Source of the DNA: Escherichia coli | Lineage (GTDB): Bacteria; Pseudomonadota; Gammaproteobacteria; Enterobacterales; Enterobacteriaceae | Reading direction: 5' to 3' (one strand) | Assembly: GCF_003334335.1 (NCBI RefSeq) | Contig: NZ_QOWQ01000011.1 | Length of the DNA stretch: 64,000 bases | Shown here: piece after piece, positions 1 to 11,695 of the stretch | How positions within the stretch are numbered: position 1 is the stretch's first letter | How the letters are laid out: each line of letters begins with the position of its first letter | Translations under genes and position numbers: made by a program | The notes under the pieces: model-generated | The model's input: only the letters and a program-made list of their open reading frames with translations | Told to the model about the DNA's origin: nothing | Database searches by the model: none

Positions 1-488
1 GGGCAACCGTCCTCGACCATAGCGGTGCGCCACTGGATGAAAAACAGAAAATGGGCACCGTGGGGGCCGTGGCGTTGGATTTAGACGGCAATTTGGCGGC
101 AGCCACGTCCACAGGCGGAATGACCAATAAATTACCCGGACGAGTTGGCGATAGTCCCTTAGTGGGTGCCGGATGCTACGCCAATAACGCCAGTGTGGCG
201 GTTTCTTGTACCGGCACGGGCGAAGTCTTCATCCGCGCGCTGGCGGCATATGACATCGCCGCGTTAATGGATTACGGCGGATTAAGTCTCGCGGAAGCCT
301 GCGAGCGGGTAGTAATGGAAAAACTCCCTGCGCTTGGCGGTAGCGGTGGCTTAATCGCTATCGACCATGAAGGGAATGTCGCGCTACCGTTTAACACCGA
401 AGGAATGTATCGCGCCTGGGGCTACGCAGGCGATACGCCAACCACCGGTATCTACCGTGAAAAAGGGGACACCGTTGCCACACAGTGA
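1..488 (+). CDS. iaaA: Isoaspartyl dipeptidase / L-asparaginase, C-terminal part (5' end lies outside the window)
   Basis: Open frame from the window edge to TGA at 486..488; translation has the Ntn-hydrolase asparaginase-like stretch ([23 protein letters not shown]); sits immediately upstream of gsiA as in K-12. Confidence 0.85.
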   Translation, partial: ATVLDHSGAPLDEKQKMGTVGAVALDLDGNLAAATSTGGMTNKLPGRVGDSPLVGAGCYANNASVAVSCTGTGEVFIRALAAYDIAALMDYGGLSLAEACERVVMEKLPALGGSGGLIAIDHEGNVALPFNTEGMYRAWGYAGDTPTTGIYREKGDTVATQ

Positions 489-2346
489 TGAACTTGATGC
501 CGGTAATGTGCTGGCGGTTGAAAATCTGAATATTGCCTTTATGCAGGACCAGCAGAAAATAGCTGCGGTCCGCAATCTCTCTTTTAGTCTGCAACGCGGT
601 GAGACGCTGGCAATTGTTGGCGAATCCGGCTCCGGTAAGTCAGTGACTGCGTTGGCATTGATGCGCCTGTTGGAACAGGCGGGCGGTTTAGTACAGTGCG
701 ATAAAATGCTGTTGCAGCGGCGCAGTCGCGAAGTGATTGAACTTAGCGAGCAGAACGCTGCACAAATGCGCCATGTTCGCGGTGCGGATATGGCGATGAT
801 ATTTCAGGAGCCGATGACATCGCTGAACCCGGTATTTACTGTGGGTGAACAGATTGCCGAATCAATTCGTCTGCATCAGAACGCCAGTCGTGAAGAAGCG
901 ATGGTCGAGGCGAAGCGGATGCTGGATCAGGTACGCATTCCTGAGGCACAAACCATTCTTTCACGTTATCCGCATCAACTCTCTGGCGGGATGCGCCAGC
1001 GAGTGATGATTGCGATGGCGCTGTCATGCCGCCCGGCGGTGCTGATTGCCGATGAGCCAACCACCGCGCTGGATGTCACTATTCAGGCGCAGATCCTGCA
1101 ATTAATCAAAGTATTGCAAAAAGAGATGTCGATGGGCGTTATCTTTATCACTCACGATATGGGCGTGGTGGCAGAGATTGCCGATCGGGTACTGGTGATG
1201 TATCAGGGCGAGGCGGTGGAAACGGGTACCGTCGAACAGATTTTTCATGCACCGCAACATCCTTACACCCGTGCGCTGTTAGCTGCTGTTCCGCAACTTG
1301 GTGCGATGAAAGGGTTAGATTATCCCCGACGTTTCCCGTTGATATCGCTTGAACATCCAGCGAAACAGGCCCCCCCCATCGAGCAGAAAACGGTGGTGGA
1401 TGGCGAACCTGTTTTACGAGTGCGTAATCTTGTCACCCGTTTCCCTTTGCGCAGCGGTTTGTTGAATCGCGTAACGCGGGAAGTGCATGCCGTTGAGAAA
1501 GTCAGTTTTGATCTCTGGCCTGGCGAAACGCTATCGCTGGTGGGCGAGTCTGGCAGCGGTAAATCCACTACCGGGCGGGCGTTGCTGCGCCTGGTCGAAT
1601 CGCAGGGCGGCGAAATTATCTTTAACGGTCAGCGAATCGATACCTTGTCACCCGGCAAACTTCAGGCATTACGCCGGGATATTCAGTTTATTTTTCAGGA
1701 CCCTTACGCTTCGCTGGACCCACGTCAGACCATCGGTGATTCGATTATCGAACCGCTGCGTGTACACGGTTTATTGCCAGGTAAAGACGCGGCTGCACGC
1801 GTTGCGTGGTTGCTGGAGCGCGTGGGCCTGTTACCTGAACATGCCTGGCGTTACCCGCATGAGTTTTCCGGCGGTCAGCGCCAGCGCATCTGCATTGCTC
1901 GCGCGTTGGCATTGAATCCAAAAGTGATCATTGCCGACGAAGCCGTTTCGGCGCTGGATGTTTCTATTCGCGGGCAGATTATCAACTTGTTGCTCGATCT
2001 CCAGCGTGATTTCGGCATTGCGTATCTGTTTATCTCCCACGATATGGCGGTGGTAGAGCGGATTAGTCATCGTGTGGCGGTGATGTATCTCGGGCAAATT
2101 GTTGAAATTGGTCCACGGCGCGCGGTCTTCGAAAACCCGCAGCATCCTTATACGCGTAAATTACTGGCGGCAGTTCCGGTCGCTGAACCGTCCCGACAAC
2201 GACCGCAGCGTGTACTGCTGTCGGACGATCTTCCCAGCAATATTCATCTGCGTGGCGAAGAGGTGGCAGCCGTCTCGTTGCAATGCGTCGGGCCGGGGCA
2301 TTACGTCGCACAACCACAATCAGAATACGCATTCATGCGTAGATAA
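475..2346 (+). CDS. gsiA: Glutathione ABC importer ATP-binding subunit with two tandem ABC domains
   Basis: 623-aa product beginning (M)PHSDELDAG from a TTG at 475; two Walker A motifs (GESGSGKS twice) and two LSGG signatures; overlaps the iaaA 3' end by 14 nt. Confidence 0.9.
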
Positions 2347-2365
2347 CATTCAGGCGGAGAATAAA

Positions 2366-3903
2366 ATGGCAAGAGCTGTACACCGTAGTGGGTTAGTGGC
2401 GCTGGGCATTGCGACAGCGTTGATGGCATCTTGTGCATTCGCTGCCAAAGATGTGGTGGTGGCGGTAGGATCGAATTTCACCACGCTCGATCCGTATGAC
2501 GCAAATGACACGTTATCTCAGCCGTAGCGAAATCGTTTTACCAGGGGCTGTTCGGTCTGGATAAAGAGATGAAACTGAAAAACGTGCTGGCGGAGAGTTA
2601 TACCGTTTCCGATGACGGCATTACTTACACCGTGAAATTGCGGGAAGGCATTAAATTCCAGGATGGCACCGATTTCAACGCCGCGGCGGTGAAAGCGAAT
2701 CTGGACCGGGCCAGCGATCCGGCGAATCATCTTAAACGCTATAACCTGTATAAGAATATTGCTAAAACGGAAGCGATCGATCCGACAACGGTAAAGATTA
2801 CCCTCAAACAGCCGTTCTCAGCGTTTATTAATATTCTTGCCCATCCGGCGACCGCGATGATTTCACCGGCAGCGCTGGAAAAATATGGCAAGGAGATTGG
2901 TTTTTATCCGGTGGGAACCGGACCGTATGAACTGGATACCTGGAATCAGACCGATTTTGTGAAGGTGAAAAAATTCGCGGGTTACTGGCAGCCAGGATTG
3001 CCCAAACTGGACAGCATAACCTGGCGTCCGGTGGCGGATAACAACACCCGCGCGGCAATGCTGCAAACCGGTGAAGCGCAGTTTGCTTTCCCCATTCCTT
3101 ACGAGCAGGCCACACTGCTGGAGAAAAACAAAAATATCGAGTTGATGGCCAGTCCGTCAATTATGCAGCGTTATATCAGTATGAACGTGACGCAAAAGCC
3201 GTTCGATAACCCGAAGGTCCGTGAGGCGCTGAATTACGCCATTAACCGTCCGGCGCTGGTGAAAGTTGCCTTTGCGGGCTATGCAACGCCAGCTACTGGT
3301 GTGGTACCGCCAAGTATCGCCTACGCGCAAAGTTATAAACCGTGGCCTTACGATCCAGTGAAAGCGCGCGAATTACTGAAAGAGGCGGGATATCCCAACG
3401 GTTTCAGTACCACGCTGTGGTCGTCACATAACCACAGCACCGCGCAGAAAGTGCTGCAATTTACCCAGCAGCAGTTAGCGCAGGTCGGGATTAAAGCCCA
3501 GGTGACTGCGATGGATGCCGGACAGCGGGCGGCAGAAGTTGAAGGTAAAGGGCAAAAAGAGAGCGGCGTGCGGATGTTCTACACTGGCTGGTCGGCTTCA
3601 ACCGGCGAAGCGGACTGGGCACTATCGCCGCTGTTTGCCTCGCAGAACTGGCCACCGACGCTGTTTAATACCGCGTTTTACAGCAATAAACAGGTGGATG
3701 ACTTCCTGGCTCAGGCACTGAAAACTAATGATCCGGCGGAAAAGACCCGCTTATATAAGGCGGCGCAGGATATCATCTGGCAAGAATCGCCGTGGATCCC
3801 GCTGGTGGTAGAAAAACTGGTGTCGGCACACAGTAAAAACCTGACCGGTTTTTGGATCATGCCAGACACCGGCTTCAGCTTTGAAGACGCGGATTTGCAA
3901 TAA
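2366..3903 (+). pseudogene. gsiB: Glutathione-binding periplasmic protein gene disrupted by a 1-bp deletion
   Basis: ATG at 2366 with GGAG 8 nt upstream; signal-peptide N-terminus [26 protein letters not shown]; frame ends at TAG 2525..2527 after ...DTLSQP; the rest of the protein continues in the -1 frame (ORF 2569..3903). Restoring one G after 2521 gives continuous [23 protein letters not shown]. Confidence 0.8.
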
Positions 3904-3920
3904 GCAACGCAGGGAGTGGA

Positions 3921-4841
3921 ATGCTTAATTACGTTATCAAACGATTACTGGGGTTGATTCCGACGCTGTTTATCGTCTCGGTGCTGGTGTTTTTATTTGT
4001 CCATATGCTGCCCGGCGATCCGGCGCGATTGATTGCCGGGCCCGAAGCTGATGCGCAGGTTATAGAACTGGTGCGTCAGCAGCTGGGGTTGGATCAGCCG
4101 CTGTATCACCAGTTCTGGCACTATATCAGCAATGCTGTGCAGGGGGATTTTGGCCTGTCGATGGTGTCGCGTCGTCCGGTTGCCGATGAGATTGCCAGCC
4201 GCTTTATGCCAACGCTGTGGCTGACCATAACCAGTATGGTCTGGGCGGTTATATTTGGTATGGCGGCGGGAATTATCGCCGCCGTCTGGCGTAACCGTTG
4301 GCCGGATCGATTGAGTATGACCATTGCGGTGTCGGGGATCTCGTTTCCGGCATTTGCTCTGGGGATGCTTTTAATTCAGGTATTCTCCGTTGAACTGGGC
4401 TGGCTGCCTACCGTGGGAGCAGACAGTTGGCAGCACTACATTTTACCCTCCCTGACGCTCGGCGCGGCAGTGGCCGCCGTGATGGCGCGCTTTACCCGCG
4501 CGTCGTTTGTCGATGTTTTAAGCGAAGATTATATGCGTACCGCGAGGGCGAAAGGGGTGAGCGAAACCTGGGTTGTCCTCAAACACGGGCTACGTAACGC
4601 GATGATCCCGGTAGTGACCATGATGGGCTTACAGTTTGGCTTTTTGCTCGGTGGTTCCATCGTTGTGGAGAAAGTTTTCAACTGGCCGGGACTTGGACGC
4701 TTACTCGTTGACTCCGTAGAAATGCGTGATTACCCGGTGATTCAGGCGGAAATTCTGCTTTTCTCGCTGGAATTTATTCTTATCAACTTAGTGGTGGATG
4801 TGCTTTACGCCGCCATTAACCCGGCTATCAGGTACAAGTAA
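3921..4841 (+). CDS. gsiC: Glutathione ABC importer permease
   Basis: 306-aa ORF, multi-pass membrane protein of the DppB/OppB type, N-terminus [17 protein letters not shown]. Confidence 0.93.
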
Positions 4842-4843
4842 GG

Positions 4844-5755
4844 ATGCGACTATTTAACTGGCGACGTCAGGCGGTGTTAAACGCCATGCCACTGGTCAAA
4901 CCTGACCAGGTACGTACACCGTGGCATGAATTCTGGCGACGATTTCGCCGTCAGCATATGGCGATGACCGCCGCATTATTCGTTATTTTATTGATTGTGG
5001 TGGCCATTTTTGCACGCTGGATCGCTCCCTATGACGCCGAAAATTATTTTGATTATGACAATCTGAATAACGGACCTTCTTTGCAGCACTGGTTTGGCGT
5101 CGATTCACTGGGGCGTGACATTTTCAGCCGTGTCCTGGTTGGTGCGCAAATCTCGCTGGCGGCGGGCGTGTTTGCCGTGTTTATCGGTGCGGCGATCGGG
5201 ACGTTGCTGGGCTTGCTCGCTGGATATTATGAAGGCTGGTGGGATCGGCTGATCATGCGCATTTGCGATGTGCTGTTTGCCTTCCCGGGTATTTTACTGG
5301 CGATCGCTGTTGTTGCGGTGTTGGGAAGCGGCATTGCTAACGTGATTATTGCAGTCGCCATTTTTTCCATCCCCGCGTTTGCCCGCCTGGTGCGCGGCAA
5401 CACGCTGGTGTTGAAACAGCAAACCTTTATTGAGTCAGCACGCAGTATTGGTGCCAGCGATATGACCGTTTTGTTGCGTCATATCCTGCCTGGGACCGTC
5501 TCTTCTATCGTGGTGTTTTTCACCATGCGCATTGGTACCTCGATTATCTCTGCCGCCAGCCTCTCATTTCTCGGCCTCGGTGCGCAGCCGCCGACACCAG
5601 AGTGGGGAGCAATGCTCAATGAGGCTCGAGCGGATATGGTTATCGCGCCGCATGTCGCTGTTTTTCCGGCCCTGGCTATTTTTCTGACCGTACTGGCGTT
5701 CAATTTGTTGGGCGATGGTTTACGCGATGCGCTGGATCCGAAAATTAAAGGATAG
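4844..5755 (+). CDS. gsiD: Glutathione ABC importer permease
   Basis: 303-aa ORF starting 3 nt after the gsiC stop; DppC/OppC-type permease. Confidence 0.93.
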
Positions 5756-5932
5756 TTACGTTTGAATATTGCTTGAAAGGGTAATCACCTCACAGGAAAT
5801 TATTGCCCTAAGCAAGTGTTGTAACTTTCTGCTGATTTTGTAGAATCGGGTAATTTGGTTAAAAAGCCGCAGCAAGGGACAATTTTTGCAGCGGCACAGC
5901 GTTCAGATAGTTATTTTGTTAAATGTATTAAC

Positions 5933-8281
5933 ATGCTGAGTTTATACGAAAAGATAAAGATAAGGCTGATAATTTTATTTTTATTGGCAGCACTGTCATT
6001 TATTGGTCTTTTTTTCATCATTAACTATCAACTGGTATCGGAGCGCGCGGTAAAACGTGCCGATAGCCGCTTTGAACTTATTCAGAAAAACGTTGGCTAT
6101 TTCTTTAAAGATATTGAACGTTCGGCCCTGACATTAAAGGACTCACTGTATTTATTAAAAAATACAGAGGAGATTCAACGCGCCGTGATTCTTAAAATGG
6201 AAATGATGCCATTTTTAGACTCGGTGGGACTGGTACTTGATGATAATAAATATTATCTTTTTTCGCGGAGGGCGAATGATAAAATCGTTGTTTATCATCA
6301 GGAACAAGTAAATGGACCGCTTGTCGACGAGTCAGGGCGGGTTATTTTTGCCGATTTTAACCCATCGAAACGACCGTGGTCGGTGGCTTCAGATGACTCT
6401 AACAACAGCTGGAATCCGGCATACAATTGCTTTGATCGTCCGGGTAAAAAATGTATCTCTTTTACGCTACACATCAACGGCAAAGATCACGATTTGTTAG
6501 CGGTGGATAAAATTCATGTCGATTTAAACTGGCGATATCTGAACGAGTATCTTGATCAAATCAGCGCTAATGATGAAGTTCTATTTTTGAAACAAGGCCA
6601 TGAGATCATTGCCAAGAATCAACTCGCTCGTGAAAAACTGATTATTTATAATAGCGAAGGTAATTATAATATTATTGATTCTGTCGATACTGAATATATC
6701 GAAAAAACATCAGCGGTGCCAAACAACGCATTATTCGAAATCTATTTTTATTATCCTGGCGGTAATTTATTGAACGCATCAGATAAACTTTTTTATCTGC
6801 CGTTTGCGTTCATTATTATCGTATTGCTGGTGGTTTATTTAATGACCACTCGTGTGTTCCGTCGGCAATTTTCTGAAATGACAGAGCTGGTTAATACGCT
6901 GGCGTTTTTGCCTGACTCAACGGATCAAATCGAGGCTCTGAAAATTCGTGAAGGCGATGCGAAAGAGATTATCAGCATCAAAAATTCGATCGCGGAAATG
7001 AAAGATGCCGAAATTGAACGGTCAAATAAATTGCTCTCACTGATCTCTTACGATCAGGAAAGTGGTTTTATTAAAAATATGGCGATTATTGAGTCTAACA
7101 ATAATCAGTATCTGGCTGTGGGGATCATCAAACTGTGTGGTCTGGAAGCCGTGGAAGCGGTGTTTGGTGTTGATGAGCGCAATAAAATCGTCAGGAAATT
7201 GTGTCAGCGAATTGCCGAGAAATATGCGCAATGCTGCGATATCGTGACATTCAATGCCGATCTCTATTTACTTCTGTGTCGGGAAAATGTACAGACATTT
7301 ACCCGTAAAATAGCGATGGTAAACGATTTTGACAGCAGCTTTGGCTACCGCAATCTGCGCATCCATAAGTCTGCCATTTGTGAACCTTTGCAGGGGGAAA
7401 ACGCCTGGAGTTACGCAGAAAAACTGAAACTGGCGATTTCCAGTATCCGTGACCATATGTTCTCAGAGTTTATTTTCTGTGATGACGCGAAACTCAACGA
7501 AATAGAAGAGAATATCTGGATTGCGCGTAATATTCGCCATGCAATGGAAATTGGCGAACTATTCCTCGTCTATCAACCGATCGTTGATATTAACACCCGC
7601 GCCATTCTGGGCGCGGAGGCGTTGTGCCGTTGGGTGTCTGCGGAGCGGGGGATCATTTCACCGCTGAAGTTCATTACCATTGCTGAAGATATCGGGTTTA
7701 TCAATGAGCTGGGTTATCAGATTATTAAAACGGCAATGGGTGAATTCAGACATTTTAGTCAGCGTGCGTCGCTGAAGGATGATTTCTTACTGCATATTAA
7801 TGTTTCGCCCTGGCAGTTAAACGAACCACACTTTCATGAGCGTTTTACCACCATCATGAAAGAAAATGGCCTGAAGGCGAACAGCCTCTGTGTTGAGATC
7901 ACTGAAACCGTGATCGAGCGAATTAATGAACATTTTTATCTCAATATTGAACAACTGCGTAAACAAGGGGTACGGATATCGATTGATGACTTTGGCACCG
8001 GTTTGTCAAACCTGAAACGTTTTTATGAAATTAATCCAGACAGCATAAAGGTGGACTCGCAATTCACCGGCGATATTTTCGGTACTGCGGGAAAAATTGT
8101 GCGCATTATTTTCGACCTGGCACGCTATAACCGGATCCCGGTGATTGCGGAAGGCGTAGAGAGCGAAGACGTTGCGCGCGAATTAATCAAATTAGGATGT
8201 GTTCAGGCTCAGGGGTATCTGTACCAGAAACCCATGCCATTCTCCGCCTGGGATAAAAGTGGAAAATTAGTAAAAGAGTAG
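5933..8281 (+). CDS. pdeI: c-di-GMP phosphodiesterase with periplasmic sensor region and C-terminal EAL domain
   Basis: 782-aa product from ATG 5933 ([10 protein letters not shown]...); the ORF track extends 26 codons further upstream to 5855; EAL-domain signatures (EALCRW, QPIVD) in the C-terminal half. K-12 name yliE. Confidence 0.88.
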   Translation: MLSLYEKIKIRLIILFLLAALSFIGLFFIINYQLVSERAVKRADSRFELIQKNVGYFFKDIERSALTLKDSLYLLKNTEEIQRAVILKMEMMPFLDSVGLVLDDNKYYLFSRRANDKIVVYHQEQVNGPLVDESGRVIFADFNPSKRPWSVASDDSNNSWNPAYNCFDRPGKKCISFTLHINGKDHDLLAVDKIHVDLNWRYLNEYLDQISANDEVLFLKQGHEIIAKNQLAREKLIIYNSEGNYNIIDSVDTEYIEKTSAVPNNALFEIYFYYPGGNLLNASDKLFYLPFAFIIIVLLVVYLMTTRVFRRQFSEMTELVNTLAFLPDSTDQIEALKIREGDAKEIISIKNSIAEMKDAEIERSNKLLSLISYDQESGFIKNMAIIESNNNQYLAVGIIKLCGLEAVEAVFGVDERNKIVRKLCQRIAEKYAQCCDIVTFNADLYLLLCRENVQTFTRKIAMVNDFDSSFGYRNLRIHKSAICEPLQGENAWSYAEKLKLAISSIRDHMFSEFIFCDDAKLNEIEENIWIARNIRHAMEIGELFLVYQPIVDINTRAILGAEALCRWVSAERGIISPLKFITIAEDIGFINELGYQIIKTAMGEFRHFSQRASLKDDFLLHINVSPWQLNEPHFHERFTTIMKENGLKANSLCVEITETVIERINEHFYLNIEQLRKQGVRISIDDFGTGLSNLKRFYEINPDSIKVDSQFTGDIFGTAGKIVRIIFDLARYNRIPVIAEGVESEDVARELIKLGCVQAQGYLYQKPMPFSAWDKSGKLVKE

Positions 8282-8288
8282 TTTACGT

Positions 8289-9617
8289 ATGTCCAGAATC
8301 AATAAGTTCGTACTTACAGTCAGTCTGCTGATTTTTATCATGATTTCAGCAGTTGCCTGCGGGATCTACACTCAAATGGTAAAGGAACGGGTGTATAGCC
8401 TGAAACAGTCCGTTATTGATACTGCTTTTGCGGTGGCAAATATTGCTGAATATCGGCGTAGCGTGGCAATTGATCTTATCAACACGCTAAATCCCACGGA
8501 GGAACAGCTGTTGGTTGGTTTGCGCACAGCTTACGCCGACTCGGTTTCCCCCTCTTATTTGTACGATGTCGGTCCTTATCTGATTTCCAGTGACGAATGT
8601 ATTCAGGTAAAGGAGTTCGAGAAAAATTATTGTGCAGATATTATGCAGGTTGTGAAGTATCGACATGTCAAAAATACAGGGTTTATCTCTTTTGACGGTA
8701 AAACCTTCGTCTATTACCTCTATCCGGTAACTCACAATCGTAGTCTGATATTTTTGCTTGGTCTGGAGCGTTTTTCTTTACTGTCAAAATCGCTGGCGAT
8801 GGACAGCGAGAACCTGATGTTCTCTCTATTTAAGAACGGTAAACCGGTGACCGGTGATGAATATAATGCTAAAAACGCCATCTTCACCGTTTCGGAAGCG
8901 ATGGAGCACTTCGCCTATTTGCCGACCGGATTGTATGTATTTGCGTATAAAAAAGATGTTTATTTGCGGGTTTGTACATTGATTATTTTCTTTGCCGCAT
9001 TGGTGGCAGTGATATCGGGTGCCAGTTGCCTCTATCTGGTACGCAGAGTGATTAATCGTGGTATTGTGGAGAAAGAAGCCATCATTAATAACCATTTTGA
9101 ACGCGTACTGGATGGCGGGCTTTTCTTTTCGGCTGCCGATGTCAAAAAACTCTACAGTATGTATAACTCGGCGTTCCTGGACGACCTGACCAAAGCAATG
9201 GGCAGAAAATCCTTTGACGAAGATTTAAAAGCGCTGCCGGAAAAAGGCGGTTATTTGTGCCTGTTTGACGTCGATAAATTCAAAAACATTAACGACACCT
9301 TCGGTCATTTGCTGGGCGATGAAGTGTTGATGAAAGTGGTGAAAATCCTTAAATCACAGATCCCGGTAGATAAAGGTAAAGTCTACCGCTTCGGCGGTGA
9401 CGAATTTGCGGTGATTTATACGGGTGGAACGCTGGAAGAGTTGCTATCGATTCTAAAAGAAATCGTTCATTTCCAGGTGGGAAGCATTAATTTAAGTACC
9501 AGTATCGGTGTAGCACATTCAAATGAATGTCCTACCGTCGAACGCTTGAAAATGCTGGCGGATGAGCGGCTGTATAAGAGTAAGAAAAACGGCAGGGCAC
9601 AGATTAGCTGGCAGTAA
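8289..9617 (+). CDS. dgcI: Membrane-anchored diguanylate cyclase (GGDEF domain)
   Basis: 442-aa ORF 7 nt downstream of pdeI; C-terminal RFGGDEF motif. K-12 name yliF. Confidence 0.9.
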   Translation: MSRINKFVLTVSLLIFIMISAVACGIYTQMVKERVYSLKQSVIDTAFAVANIAEYRRSVAIDLINTLNPTEEQLLVGLRTAYADSVSPSYLYDVGPYLISSDECIQVKEFEKNYCADIMQVVKYRHVKNTGFISFDGKTFVYYLYPVTHNRSLIFLLGLERFSLLSKSLAMDSENLMFSLFKNGKPVTGDEYNAKNAIFTVSEAMEHFAYLPTGLYVFAYKKDVYLRVCTLIIFFAALVAVISGASCLYLVRRVINRGIVEKEAIINNHFERVLDGGLFFSAADVKKLYSMYNSAFLDDLTKAMGRKSFDEDLKALPEKGGYLCLFDVDKFKNINDTFGHLLGDEVLMKVVKILKSQIPVDKGKVYRFGGDEFAVIYTGGTLEELLSILKEIVHFQVGSINLSTSIGVAHSNECPTVERLKMLADERLYKSKKNGRAQISWQ

Positions 9618-9627
9618 TCATTATTCG

Positions 9628-9657
9628 CAGGCCGGACAAATGATTTTGCCCGGCCTG
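9628..9657. terminator. Hairpin between convergent dgcI and rimO, likely bidirectional terminator
   Basis: Inverted repeat caggccgg (9628..9635) / ccggcctg (9650..9657) around a T-rich loop, in the 46-bp gap between two convergent stops. Confidence 0.5.
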
Positions 9658-9663
9658 AATTAA

Positions 9664-10989
9664 TTAAACCCGGCTACCCCACAAATCGTACTCATCGGCG
9701 TGCTCGACTTTCACACGCAGGATATCACCCGGCTTAACGTTGGTTTCACCATTGAGATAAACCGCGCCGTCGATTTCCGGTGCATCTGCCATGCTGCGAC
9801 CAATCGCGCCTTCTTCGTCCACTTCGTCGATAATCACCAGAATTTCACGGCCCACTTTCTCTTGCAGGCGCTCGGCGGAAATCTGCTGCTGCAGCTGCAT
9901 GAAACGGTTCCAGCGTTCTTCTTTAACTTCTTCCGGAACCTGGTCAGGCAGGGCATTGGCGTCTGCACCTTCAACCGGGCTGTATTTAAAGCAGCCAACG
10001 CGATCCAGACGCGCTTCTTTCAGGAAGTCGAGTAGCATCTGGAAATCTTCTTCTGTCTCGCCAGGGAAGCCGACAATAAAGGTTGAGCGTAGGGTCAGTT
10101 CCGGGCAGATTTCGCGCCACTGTTTGATGCGCGCCAGTTGGCGATCTACAGAACCCGGACGCTTCATCAGTTTGAGAATGCGCGGGCTGGCGTGCTGCAA
10201 CGGAATGTCCAGATACGGCAGGATTTTGCCTTCTGCCATCAGTGGGATGACGTCGTCCACATGCGGATAAGGGTAAACGTAGTGCAGACGTGTCCAGATC
10301 CCCAGTTTCGATAACTGTTCGCACAGGCTGACCATGCTGGTTTTTACCGGCTCGCCGTTGTGGAAGCCAGTACGATGTTTAACATCAACGCCATAGGCGG
10401 AAGTATCCTGCGAGATCACCAGAATCTCTTTAACGCCCGCATCTACCAGACGTTTCGCTTCACTTAACACTTCGCCAATCGGACGGCTCACCAGGTCGCC
10501 GCGCATAGACGGAATAATGCAGAAGGTGCAGCGGTGATTACAGCCTTCAGAAATTTTCAGATAGGCATAATGACGCGGCGTCAGTTTCACACCTTGTTCT
10601 GGCACCAGGCTCAGGAATGGGTTGTGTTTCGGTTTTGGCACGTAGTGATGAACGTGCTCCAGAACCTGCTCATAGCTATGAGGCCCGGTGATTTCCAGCA
10701 CTTTCGGGTGGACTTCGCGGATCTGATCTTCTTTTGCCCCCAGACAACCGGTCACAATAACCTTGCCGTTTTCATTCAACGCTTCACCAATGGCTTCCAG
10801 TGATTCTTGTACCGCGCTGTCAATAAAGCCGCAGGTGTTGACGATCACCATGTCCGCATCGTCATAGCTCGGTACCACGTCATAACCTTCAGTGCGGAGT
10901 TCGGTGAGAATACGCTCTGAATCAACAAGGTTTTTCGGACAGCCAAGGGAAACAAAGCCGATTTTCGGCTGGGGAGTTACTTTGCTCAT
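9664..10989 (-). CDS. rimO: Ribosomal protein S12 methylthiotransferase (radical SAM)
   Basis: 441-aa ORF; radical-SAM CxxxCxxC (CNHRCTFC) and N-terminal MTTase cysteines (GCPKN...NTCGF). Confidence 0.95.
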
Positions 10990-11201
10990 AGCTTAAAAAA
11001 TATTCAGTTACAGGAAAGGTCAGGGCAGGGATTCTACAGAGTTCTGGATAAAATTTGTATCGCAATCTCATTCGCTGGCGGAGGCGAAGGAAATGTAAAT
11101 TTTGTTAATTCGGCGTGAAGAATTGATCCTGGACAGCATTTTGCTCAAAAAATAGCCATACTATTTAATTGCAACAAGGCTGGGAAGAGGAGGATCGAAG
11201 T

Positions 11202-11585
11202 ATGTTCGTTGACAGACAGCGAATCGATCTGCTGAACCGGTTGATCGACGCACGCGTTGACCTCGCCGCATACGTGCAACTGAGGAAGGCAAAAGGATAC
11301 ATGTCCGTCAGCGAAAGCAATCATCTACGAGATAACTTTTTTAAACTGAATCGCGAACTGCACGATAAATCGCTGCGGTTGAATCTTCATCTGGATCAGG
11401 AAGAGTGGAGTGCTCTTCATCATGCTGAAGAAGCATTAGCGACAGCCGCAGTATGTTTGATGAGTGGGCACCATGATTGCCCGACTGTTATTACCGTCAA
11501 CGCCGATAAGCTTGAAAATTGTCTGATGAGCTTAACGCTGAGTATCCAGAGCCTGCAGAAGCACGCCATGCTTGAGAAGGCCTGA
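11202..11585 (+). CDS. bssR: Biofilm regulator BssR
   Basis: 127-aa product from ATG 11202 (MFVDRQRIDLLNR...), GAGGAGGA Shine-Dalgarno at 11187..11194; ORF track starts at an upstream TTG. Confidence 0.9.
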   Translation: MFVDRQRIDLLNRLIDARVDLAAYVQLRKAKGYMSVSESNHLRDNFFKLNRELHDKSLRLNLHLDQEEWSALHHAEEALATAAVCLMSGHHDCPTVITVNADKLENCLMSLTLSIQSLQKHAMLEKA

Positions 11586-11590
11586 AAACT

Positions 11591-11630
11591 AAGGGGGAGA
11601 AAGCGTCTCCCCCTTCATGTTTAAGTTTTT
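11591..11630 (+). terminator. Rho-independent terminator after bssR
   Basis: Stem agggggaga / tctccccct followed by a T-rich tract ending tttaagttttt. Confidence 0.6.
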
Positions 11631-11695
11631 GTAAAAATGAATTTGTTATCTCCTCCACTGACTACGCTTTAAGCCAGAGTCAATCCGGAGGCGTT

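Noticed and set aside
5855-5932. N-terminal extensions suggested by the ORF track (pdeI from 5855; also potF from 26588, artP to 36787, dacC from 13660, clpA from 56203 and others)
   Set aside because: The extensions come from upstream in-frame alternative start codons; the recognised N-termini and RBS positions support the internal starts listed in the features.
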